From Octopus sinensis (Eukaryota): a stretch of 64,000 nucleotides of DNA. The notes beneath the pieces are model-generated. The model ran no database searches and was not told the DNA's origin. It was given only the letters and a program-made list of their open reading frames with translations. The position numbers were made by a program, and so were the translations under genes. Every line of letters starts with the position of its first letter. Positions within the stretch are counted from its first letter, which is position 1. The stretch is taken from positions 56,792,001 through 56,856,000 of the forward strand of contig NC_043009.1 in NCBI RefSeq assembly GCF_006345805.1. Direction: 5' to 3'. Shown piece after piece: positions 23,957 to 34,520 of this stretch.

Positions 23957-25975
23957 TGTAATAAATTACTGGCTCGGTACAATTTTATTGATACTAAAGA
24001 AGTGGATATTTTTCAAAGAATTAAAAGAAAGATACTTTACCTTGAATGTTGACAGTAGACGTCTTTGAGAAAAGTACTTTGATCAAGCAGAAGTAGATGT
24101 CGTCTGCTCAAAACTGGGAAGAAGAAAGGTTCGGTTGTTTCCGGATAATTTCGGTTTAAACGTGATTTGTCAAACATCTGTGTGTATATGTGCGTGTGTG
24201 TATATGTGTGTGTGTGAGAGAGCGTGTGTGCGTGTGTATGTATGTGTATATGTATGTATGTCGCATAAAATGCAAATAGTAAGAACAATTAAAATCTAAG
24301 GAACGACCACAGTTAATACTATTAAGTTGACGCATAAAGAAAGACAAAATGTAATAGAATAAAAGTTTCTTTAGTTATCGTCGTTGAGTAGTTCGCACGG
24401 CGCTTGTTTGTATATGTGAGCAAAAGCGATAGAAATGGAGAAACAGAGAAATGCTAGAAAAGGTTAAAAGAAGCATAATTTGATCGGACTTTTTTTCAAT
24501 ATCTTTCGATGAATTCCAGTAACGTACTTTAAGTTCAGTTTAAACTTCAGATGACTTCTTCACGAAGATTGATTGAAAATGTCAACAGCAAAAACCACAA
24601 AGGGTCTAAATAATATCAATTTTCTACTTAGAAAGGTGTCTTCCCAGATTTGTAATAAATTACAGGATCGGTACAATTTTATTGATACTAAAGAAGTGGA
24701 TATTTTTCAAAGAATTAAAAGAAAGATACTTTACCTTGAATGGTGACAGTAGACGCCTTTGAGAAAAGTACTTTGATCAAGCAGAAGTTGGTGTCGTCTG
24801 CTCAAAACTGGGAAGAAAGGTTCGGTTGTTTCAGGATAATTTCGGTTTAAACGTTATTTGTCAAACACCTCTGTGTGTGTGTGTGTGTGTGTGTGCGCGC
24901 GCAGTGTGCGTGTATGTGTATATGTATTTATGTATGTCACATGCAAATAGTAAGAACACTTAAAATCTAAGGAACGTCCACAGTTAATAATATTAAGTTG
25001 ACGCATAAGGAAAGAGAAAATGTAAGAGAATAAAAGTTCCGGATCTTTTCGGTTTGAACGGCAGTTTTTCTAGCGGTGTCATATGAAATTGTCACCCATA
25101 GTTATGACCCTAGTATCGATCTATTGCATTTCAATCTGTTTTAGGTTTAGGGTTAGGGGTAGGGTGGGGGGAAGGGTATCTTTTTTTTCTTCAGAAATGT
25201 AAATAAACCCAATCTGTTTCTTAAACGAGGGACATATTCATACGGCACAGAATGTTTTCACCTCAATAGACGTCATTGATTGGTTGAAATTGCAGAAATT
25301 GAAGAATAAAAAACAACAAATATATTACAAACTATAGAATTTTCTCAATAAAGCCAAGAGAAAAAGATGTTTTATAAATACATTCTACCAGTATACGAAG
25401 TTTAAAAGTATTTAGTTACGTGGAAATTATTTTTAAAAACTGCCGTTCAAACCGAAAAGATCCAAAGTTTCTTTAGTTACCGTCGTTGAGTAGTTCGCAC
25501 GGCGCTTGTTTGTATATGTGAGCAAAAGCGATAGAGATAGGAGAAACAGAGAAATGCTGGAGAAAGTTAAAAGAAGCATAATTTGATCGGACTTTTTTCA
25601 ATATCTTTCGATGAATTCCAGTAACGTACTTTAAGTTCAGTTTAAACTTCAGATGACTTCTTCACGAAGACTGATTGAAAATGTCAACAGCAAAAACCAC
25701 AAAGGGTCTAAATAATATCAATTTTCTATTTAGAAAGGTGTCTTCCCAACTTTGTAATAAATTACTGGCTCGGTACAATTTTATTGATACTTGAGAAGTA
25801 GATATTTTTCAAAGAATTAAAAGAAAGATACTTTACCTTGAATGTTGACAGAAGACGTCTTTGAGAAAAGTACTTTGAAGAAGCAGAAGTAGATGTCGTC
25901 TGCTCAAAACTGAGAAAAAGAAAGGTTCGGTTGTTTCCGGATAATTTCGGTTTAAACGTTATTCGTCAAACACCT
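23957..25975 (+). repeat. Tandem ~690-bp unit, about 2.3 copies
   Basis: Units start near 23957, 24651 and 25753; copy 2 carries the MITE insertion. Confidence 0.9.
25041..25463 (+). mobile_element. 423-bp MITE with 29-bp perfect TIRs and 8-bp TSD (Merlin-like termini, tentative)
   Basis: TIR ggatcttttcggtttgaacggcagttttt; TSD aaagttcc/aaagtttc; empty site at about 24362-24369; internal ttagggttaggg. Confidence 0.92.
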
Positions 25976-26397
25976 GTGTGTGTGCGTGCGCGTGCACGCG
26001 CGTGCACGTGCGTGAGAGAGAGCGGGAGAAAAAGAGAGAGATCGAGAGGGAGAGCGGGGAAACGGGTGCGAAGGGGTGATATGAAAGACAAAGCGGGAAA
26101 GGGGGAAAGAAAGATACAATGAGAAAGAAAGTCACAAACAGTAAAATTGAAACGAATATGAAAAATAGATAGAGAGAGTGTGGGAGAGAGAGACAGGGAG
26201 GGAGAGAGACAGGAAGGGAGATAGACAGACAGACAGAAAAAAATCAGAAAGTGTCATAGATTTGTGTCTGCATTATATGCAGTTGTGTGCGTGTTAGCGT
26301 GCATATGTAATATCAGCCATGTATGTGTGTACATGCTGGTGCAATAAGTATCCAATTTACTAACATACATCCTTCATTTTTCTTCTTTTCCACAAAG

Positions 26398-26506
26398 TGG
26401 CCCTCCGTTTTTACGATGACAGAAAATGACACGGAGGAAGATTTGACTGTTGTTTCTAACGGGTCTAGTAACTATGCAGAAAATTTCTCCGATGACTTGA
26501 ATTTGT
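26398..26506 (+). CDS. Candidate host exon with ATG at 26416 (MTENDTEEDLTVVSNGSSNYAENFSDDLNL)
   Basis: TACTAAC branch-like site at 26358-26364, pyrimidine tract, AG at 26396-26397 and donor GTATGT at 26507. No homology established. Confidence 0.4.
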
Positions 26507-26635
26507 GTATGTGTGTGTACATACATACATACATACATACATACATACATACATACATGCGTACATGCATACATACCCCATACACACGCAGACACATAGA
26601 TACATAGATGTATATATGCATATATGTGATGGGGG

Positions 26636-26700
<65 letters not shown>

Positions 26701-27107
26701 TGTGTGTGTGTGTTATGTGCATACAGCAAAACTACCCCCCTCCCCGTCCAATGGACGGTGCTGAGTTGTCAAACATTTAAACTAAATTTTCTCAAAACAA
26801 CATGTCCGATCGTCCCATAGGCCTCCCTTTTGAGAAACACTGATTTAACCTAAATTTGAGACACCAGCAAAAGAAGAAATAAAGATAGACATTTATTCTA
26901 TTCCAAACAAAAGCGATTTTATTCACACAAATATACAACCGAAGAGTTTAAAGTACCAGTAATGATAAGGCTGTTGACTGAGGGAACACAAACAGGGTTT
27001 AAATAGTAAGCTTGGCAGGAAAGAAACGTGCCTTTAAGCAGTACAAAAACAACGATAAACGGAAGGTGCAGTTATGTACAGGTTGACGGAAGAAAATCAG
27101 GACAAAA

Positions 27108-27497
27108 ACGGCTTTATCGATCGCATTCTCACCTAGAATCGATTTTTGTAATTTTTTCAAGACTTATACACGCCCTGATATCGTCGCAGAAACGTTAGCA
27201 CGCCGGGCGAAATGCTTAGCGGTATTTCGTCTGCGTTACCTTGTGAGTTCAAATTCCGCCGAGGTCGACTTTGCCTTTCATCCTTTCGGGGTCGATAAAT
27301 TAAGTACCAGTTACGCACTGGGGTCGATGTGATCGACTTAATACCTATGTCTGTCCTTGTTTGTCCCCTCTGCGTTTAGCCCCTTGTGGGTAATAAAGAA
27401 ATAGGTATCTACATATCAAATTTGAGCGCAATCCGATGGAGGATGCCCGAGATCCGAGAAGACAGACAGACAGACAGAACGGATTTTATATAAGAGA
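27108..27497 (-). mobile_element. Non-autonomous Helitron (same family as 40220-40418), interrupted by a SINE B
   Basis: Both flanks of the SINE at 27187-27404 match contiguous sequence of the 40220-40418 copy. Confidence 0.75.
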
Positions 27498-28309
27498 TAT
27501 TATATACAGATGCGTGTGTGTATATTTATTATATCATACCTTGATAATCCCCGTTGACAGGCCGCTTGTATTTATAGAGTTTTAAACACTTTTCCTATGC
27601 AAATTTGGAATTTCTTCTTAGAGTAACTGTTGCATTTATTGAGTATATAAACAGTTTGGCTGTTTGTTTCTCTTGAGAGACTGTCAGAATGATGTAGATT
27701 CCTATGATGAGAACCCAATGAAGTTCGAAAATCAATTATGTTTGTTCATCGTTCAGCTGAGAAATGGCTAAAATTTTCCCTTTATTATCCTTAATATTAA
27801 ATTTATCTGTTCAAGTAACGTAGTTATTTGCTCTCTGAACTGTCTTATCTTTTTTTCCTGTTCGATGACATAATTTTATATATGTTGTATCTTTTTCTAT
27901 AGGTGGTTTATCATTTTATTTTCACTCTCTATTGGAATTTTTGTCAATGTGTTCTCTTTCATTTGCACTCACCATATTCACACGTCGCATAATTTTACAT
28001 TCTTTTAATTTATATCTTTATTTATATATTTATGTGTTATGCTATTATATATATATATAGAGAGAGAGAGATTTGTATTGATCTGTATTAGTATGTATTA
28101 ATATATGTATTTTTTTTAATATTTAAAAACTTTTACGTCTATGCGTTTTCCGCTTGTTGATTGACCTAAACTTTGTTTCTGAGTTTACTTCTTCAATTAT
28201 CGTTCGTCTCGAACTCATTCCGAGAATTTCTCAGTTACAGCCCATATATCTCGAAAGAAAGATTGAATAGTATATACATACATCATACATACATACATAC
28301 ATACATACA

Positions 28310-28361
<52 letters not shown>

Positions 28362-28477
28362 ATGGCCTGCTCGCTTAGCCAGCGGGGTGGCATCATTCGA
28401 AGGCTAAAACAATGCGAACGCATTGTGACCAGCGATGTGTAGCAACATCTGATGGTCTGGTCGGTCACGTGATCACA

Positions 28478-28530
<53 letters not shown>

Positions 28531-28531
<1 letters not shown>

Positions 28532-28716
28532 CGGGAAGCTTTATGAAAATAAACAAAAGACGAAGGCAGGTGGAAAACAAACGAACAATTGTATTAGTAT
28601 GGCGCTCAGGAAATATAAATAAAACAAGTCTTTAACGTTTCGAGCCTACGCTCTTCAACAGAAAGATACACAGAGAGAGAAAAACACAGAAAGAAAGAGA
28701 GAAAAAAAATGCGTGC
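28531..28716 (-). mobile_element. ~190-bp HHR-bearing element at a (TA)n junction
   Basis: Near-identical to 45373-45583 and 54351-54536. Confidence 0.85.
28629..28666 (-). ncRNA. Minimal type I hammerhead-like motif with variant core
   Basis: Minus: TCTTT CTGTTGA A GAGC GTAG GCTC GAAAC GTT AAAGA. Confidence 0.55.
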
Positions 28717-28717
28717 A

Positions 28718-28752
<35 letters not shown>

Positions 28753-28753
28753 A

Positions 28754-28921
28754 GGCGTAGGAGTGGCTGTGTGGTAAGTAGCTTACTCACGAATCACATA
28801 GTTCCGGGTTCAGTCCCAAGTGTCTTCTACTATAGCTTCGGGCCAACCAAAGCCTTGTGAGTGGATTTAGTAGACGGAAACTAAAAGAAGCCCGTCGTAT
28901 ATATGTATATATATATATATA

Positions 28922-28969
<48 letters not shown>

Positions 28970-29201
28970 TGTGTGTCTGTGTGTGTGTCTGTGTGTGTGT
29001 CTGTGTTTGTCCCCCCCAACATCACTTGACAGCCGATTCTGGTGTGTTTACGTCCCCGTAATTTAGCGGTTCGGCAAAAGAGACCGATAGAATAAGTACT
29101 AGGCTTACAAAAAATAAGTTTTGGGGTCGATTTGCTCGACCAAAGGCGGTGCTCCAGCATGGCCACAGTCAAATGACTGAAACAAGTAAAAGAGTAAAGA
29201 G
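28754..29201 (+). mobile_element. SINE family A, near full length
   Basis: Matches 15034-15458 with a short internal deletion. Confidence 0.9.
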
Positions 29202-29356
29202 TATATATATATATATATATTTATATATAGAGGGCATTATACATACATGCCAGATGGCATTATACATACATGCCACACGCTAAGAGTCATTTCTACCAAA
29301 AATATTACTAATCCCACCGAATGCAATTTTTCAAAGTAAGACATTTAAAAAATATA

Positions 29357-29402
29357 GACCTGTATCACAGTGATTTCATACTTACGTATTCATCAGGAGG
29401 CC
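29357..29402 (-). ncRNA. Compact type I hammerhead motif
   Basis: Minus: GGCCTC CTGATGA ATAC GTAA GTAT GAAA TCACTGTGA TA CAGGTC. Stem I 5/6 with a mismatch at the cleavage-proximal pair. Confidence 0.65.
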
Positions 29403-29509
29403 TGGATGTATCAAACATAAACGACCCTGCCTCGCTTAAGCCGATCAGCTAACTGATCAACATCAACGAAGCACATGGGTGAGTTTACATATATTACATC
29501 CTGTAAATG

Positions 29510-29584
<75 letters not shown>

Positions 29585-29591
29585 TATATAC

Positions 29592-29625
<34 letters not shown>

Positions 29626-29627
29626 AT

Positions 29628-29676
<49 letters not shown>

Positions 29677-29856
29677 ATCGCATTTATCTTTGTTTACATA
29701 TTCTCTCGATAAATTTCTGACCGTTAGACGATATACCACAATCCCCTATTTTGTCGGTTTGTTCTGAGTCTGCGCAGTGTTTTGAATAGCTTAGAAAGAG
29801 CATTTCGATAGACGCACATGGGTCTATTGATATGGTCTTCCCATCATTAACAGGAA

Positions 29857-29929
29857 TCTTACTGAAGAGCCAGCCTGAGTAAATAAATACTATTTTTATT
29901 ACTGAATTTGGCGAAACTGCAGTATAAGA
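29857..29929 (+). ncRNA. Type I hammerhead ribozyme motif (unit 1)
   Basis: TCTTA CTGAAGA GCCA..TGGC GAAAC TGCA GTA TAAGA; predicted cleavage after 29924. Confidence 0.85.
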
Positions 29930-30261
29930 AAAGTTAAGTTTGTAAAAGTTTTTAAATTTCATCTCTCACTAAATTTATCCAGCTATTGTGTATCTAGTGC
30001 ACTCTTCGCCTTGAATGTAATGATATATGTATAATATATGGCGTGTACTGGTACACCGGCGATTATAATTAATTTTATTGTATCGCATTTATCTTTGTTT
30101 ACATATTCTCTCGATAAATTTCTGACCGTTAGACGATATACCACAATCCCCTATTTTGTCGGTTTGTTCTGAGTCTGCGCAGTGTTTTGAATAGCTTAGA
30201 AAGAGCATTTCGATAGACGCACATGGGTCTATTGATATGGTCTTCCCATCATTAACAGGAA

Positions 30262-30333
30262 TCTTACTGAAGAGCCAGCCTGAGTAAATAATACTATTTT
30301 TATTACTGAATTTGGCGAAACTGCAGTATAAGA
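30262..30333 (+). ncRNA. Type I hammerhead ribozyme motif (unit 2)
   Basis: Same core and stems as unit 1; predicted cleavage after 30328. Confidence 0.85.
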
Positions 30334-30506
30334 AAAGTTAAGTTTGTAAAAGTTTTTAAATTTCATCTCACTAAATTTATCCAGCTATTGTGTATCTAGT
30401 GCACTCTTCGCCTTGAATGTAATGATATATGTATAATATATGGCGTGTACTGGTACACCGGCGATTATAATTAATTTTATTGTATCGCATTTATCTTTGT
30501 TTATAT

Positions 30507-30540
<34 letters not shown>

Positions 30541-30543
<3 letters not shown>

Positions 30544-30672
30544 TATTATATAGAAGGAGCTTCTACAGGACTAGTACTGTTTCATTCAAGAGAAATCTTC
30601 AGGAAGCTTCCTGAAGATTTCTCTTGAATGAAACAGTACTAGTCCTGTAGAAGCTCCTTCTATATAATAAAT
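30541..30672. repeat. Perfect 132-bp palindrome
   Basis: 66-nt arms with no spacer or mismatch, centred on AAG|CTT at 30606/30607. Confidence 0.97.
30605..30655 (+). ncRNA. Type I hammerhead motif (mirror copy on minus strand at 30558-30608)
   Basis: AGCTTC CTGAAGA t-TTC TCTT GAA-t GAAACAG TACTAGTC CTGTA GAAGCT. Stem I 6 bp; stem II weak (3 bp). Confidence 0.7.
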
Positions 30673-30737
30673 TATTTTACTCTGCTATGTATTGAGTACC
30701 TTACTTACTGTGGTTAACCCCGGATCAACCCGGGACC

Positions 30738-30915
<178 letters not shown>

Positions 30916-30924
30916 ATATATATA

Positions 30925-30974
<50 letters not shown>

Positions 30975-30979
30975 CATAT

Positions 30980-31096
30980 GGAGGCGCAATGGCCTAGTGG
31001 TTAGGGGCAGCCGACTCGCGGTCGCAGGATCGCGGTTTCGATTCCCAGACCGGGCGTTGTGAGTGTTTATTGAGCGAAAACACCTAAAAGCTCCAG
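30980..31096 (+). mobile_element. SINE family C, tRNA-like head
   Basis: tggcctagtggttagg (A box) and ggtttcgattccc (B box); longer copy at 43434-43741. Confidence 0.8.
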
Positions 31097-31908
31097 GATT
31101 CAAAGGCCTACAGCTATTTAATGCCTTGCCAAAACATCTGAGGGGATCTACTATTGAAAAGGTGATTACACTGGCGGTACCCCAGCATGGCCACAGCTTT
31201 AAGGCTGAAACGTGTAAAAGAATTTTAAAAATTATAGAATAGCTGACAGCTTCTACACAATTTCGAGTACAGATGCTGCTTTTCAGTCCCGCAATGGACC
31301 TAATTTTTTATGCATAGATGTGGCAACGATGGGGACCTCCTGCTCCAAGTGTTCAGAGTATTTACCACCTCCTGTCCTTCAGTGATTTTTCATTGGATGT
31401 TTTGCCTTTCTCGGTCACGATCAGCCATAGCAAGTAATACGTAATAGAGATGTTTAAAAAAATAAATAAAGCGGTGCTTATGCCTAAAGCTGCTTAAAGT
31501 GGGGATAGGCCTTGCGCAGGGACATTCCCATTCTCTAAATAATATATGCATTAGCTCAAAAATAACCAGTCAATATCATTGGATACAAACGGAGTCGCAG
31601 GTGTTACACTAATGCTTTTTTTCTCTTAGACAGATGTCTAAACTAAGACTAGAGTCTCTCACTCCCAGCTATCAGATGGTCGTTGACTCTACTGGGTTCG
31701 TCCGCCCTTTAACAAATTTCGTTTTTCATCCTGCAGGGTGTTCAACAAAAACCACCCTCCTTACCAAGTAGGCTTGGTAGGTTTACCGGTTTAGTTGCCG
31801 ACGGCTCGACCATCTAACCGACATACATGTACGCACGCACGCACGCACGCACGTACACACACACACACACACATACACACACACACACACACCTAAGTAT
31901 ATATACAC

Positions 31909-31955
<47 letters not shown>

Positions 31956-31981
31956 TATACATATATATATAATATATATAT

Positions 31982-32014
<33 letters not shown>

Positions 32015-32283
32015 CATAAATATAAACATATGTGGATATAATAATGTATAATTATAACAATAAGGGTTTTTGCAACAAGTTGCATGACCACATACCGAAA
32101 ATTTTAGAAATAGCAACCAAAGGACTACTATTTCCTTTTACTACAAAAATATGTCTCCACAGACAACAATATTTGTAACTCACGTGTGGCAAAAAAAAAA
32201 GAAGAAAATTAATGAAATCAACAGTCACTACTAGGTGAATTTGTTGATTTTATTAAATTAATTATTTTCACCCTATATCTGTA

Positions 32284-32377
<94 letters not shown>

Positions 32378-33130
32378 GTATACATACATACATACATACA
32401 ATGTGCGCATGATGAAATATTCGTAGGGATGCGTACTTACATATGAATACCGGCATGTAGTTTGCATGTATTTAGGTATGTATGCAGGTATGTATGCGTG
32501 CATGTATGTATGTATATATGTTTGCATCCGAAAGTAAGAAGTATAAATCAACTAGATCTCATAAATAACCAGGGCTGCATACATGATGGTAAAACTGAGA
32601 CGTAGTTACAAATATCATTGACCTTACATAGCGTTATTAATATATTACAAACGCACCTCAGATGAATAATTTATCAATATACTGGTGTCATGTGATATCG
32701 TTGTTAACTGAGAACGGTTTATATCATCATTAAGCTATAAAATATATTTAAATGACCACAAGCATGCCAAAGTTCTTTTGTCTACTTTTCTGATCCATTT
32801 TTTCTTATTTTTGCAACCACATGGTCCCGTGTTCAATTTCTCTGCATGGCATCTTGGGCAAATGTCTTCTACAACTTGGGGTTGTCAGAAACACTGTGAG
32901 TAGAAGTTAGTATAGAGCACCTATGATGATACTCAACACAATATGCTAACATATTATGCTCAGATGATAGAGGCAATAACAAAAATAAACAAATAAACCA
33001 AATCCAAAAACAAAAAATAAACAAGTTTATCAGGGATCAGATTTATGTTAAGCAGAAAATGAAGAAATCTTGATCAACAACAACTGACTACCATCAATTA
33101 TAATTTTTTTAATATAAAATTTTATCCCAT

Positions 33131-33242
33131 CTAACAGCCGTTTCTACTTCCAATGTCCCACAGTGTTGGAAAGAAAATTCTGAGAATAATATTCGTCATA
33201 TTTTATAACACATCCGATCCGGAACATAAAGCATCATCAGAG
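33131..33242 (-). ncRNA. Hammerhead motif with long loop II, partly decayed
   Basis: Minus: CT CTGATGA TGCTTT..GAAGTA GAAAC GGCT GTT AG; stem I only 2 bp. Confidence 0.45.
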
Positions 33243-33316
33243 TGAAGAAAAATACATGAAATAAAAGAAAAGAAGAGAAAAGAGCCTCGAGAGGAGGAAT
33301 GAAAGGTTAATATATA

Positions 33317-33565
33317 TTTATTTACTACCCACAAATAAAGCGGCGCTTATGCCTAAAGCTGCTTAAAGAGATGACAAACAAGGACAGACAAACGGATGAA
33401 GTCGATTATATCGACCCCAGTGCGAAACTGGTACTTAATTTATCGACCCCGAAAGGATGAAAGGCAAAGTCGACCTCGGCGGAATTTGAACTCAGAACGT
33501 AGCGGCAGACGAAATACGGCTACGCATTTCACCCGGCGTGCTAACGTTTCTGCCAGCTCGCCGCC
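33317..33565 (-). mobile_element. SINE family B
   Basis: Reverse complement match to family B. Confidence 0.85.
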
Positions 33566-34136
33566 ATGAAAGCTTAATATATTTGAATCATACCATTTTG
33601 CAGTGTAACGCTTCAGGTCGTTGAGTAAAATCGAGGTATCCCTTCTATCTGTTAGAAACAGCAGTCAACAATCACAAATACCACACCCAATTCCCTTAGA
33701 AAAGAGAAGTACATTAGACCGTGTCGTCTAAGAAATAATATAGCTAGAAAATAAAAAATAACTGAATAGACATGCTTGGAATATTTCTGATCATAAATCT
33801 CTTGGATCAGCGTTCATCAGAGGCTAAACAATAATACCAAGGAAAGTCACATCGGAAAATGTAGTCTTAGATACACTAGGTCTGAATAAAAGATTGTTTT
33901 GTCATGAATGTTTCGAACGTCTTTGACCTTAGGGGTTACTGGATTAGAGATGATCTTCGCCTAGACAACAACATATAAGGAGTAGACAAAGGAACTTTGG
34001 TAATTAATACAATAACAGTGATAGAAACCAGCTTGTTTTAACAGAACAGACAAGTATCTAACAAAGATAAGACTTCTAGCTGTTTATATTATATTTCGTA
34101 TTTTATCATTTGTATTTTAATTATTTCTATACTACA

Positions 34137-34520
34137 GGTACAGACGTGACTGTTGCGGTAAGAAGATTGCTGCCCAACCACATGGTTCCAGGTTCAATCC
34201 TACTTCGTGGTTCTGGCCGAACAAAGCCTTGTGAGTAGATTTAGTAGACGGAAACTGAAAGAATCACGTCGAATATATATATAAGTCTATATCTATATGT
34301 GCGTGTCTTTTGTCGGTGTTTGTCCCCCATTGCCACGACCACTGCTTGACAATCGATGTTGCTGTGTTTATGTCCCCGTAACTTACCGATTCGGCAAAAG
34401 TGCCCGATAGAATAAGTACTAGGTTTTAAAAAATAAGTCCTGGGGTCGATTTGTTCGACTAAAAGAACCCGTCAAGGCGGTGCTCCAGCATGGCTGAATT
34501 AAATGACTGAAACAGGAGAA
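34137..34520 (+). mobile_element. SINE family A, diverged
   Basis: Colinear with family A; a partial inverted copy follows at 34566-34720. Confidence 0.8.

Larger units (their letters stand above)
29671..30502 (+). repeat. Tandem repeat of 405/402-bp units (about 2.06 copies), one HHR per unit
   Basis: Units start at 29671, 30076 and 30478; they differ by 3 nt of indels; flanked by (TA)n. Confidence 0.95.

Noticed and set aside
29684-29962. 92-aa minus-strand ORF in the HHR tandem unit
   Set aside because: No known motif, AT-rich and antisense to the ribozyme; treated as incidental.
33760-33825. Minus-strand CTGATGA..GAAAT resembling a hammerhead
   Set aside because: No stem III or stem I pairing around a cleavage triplet.
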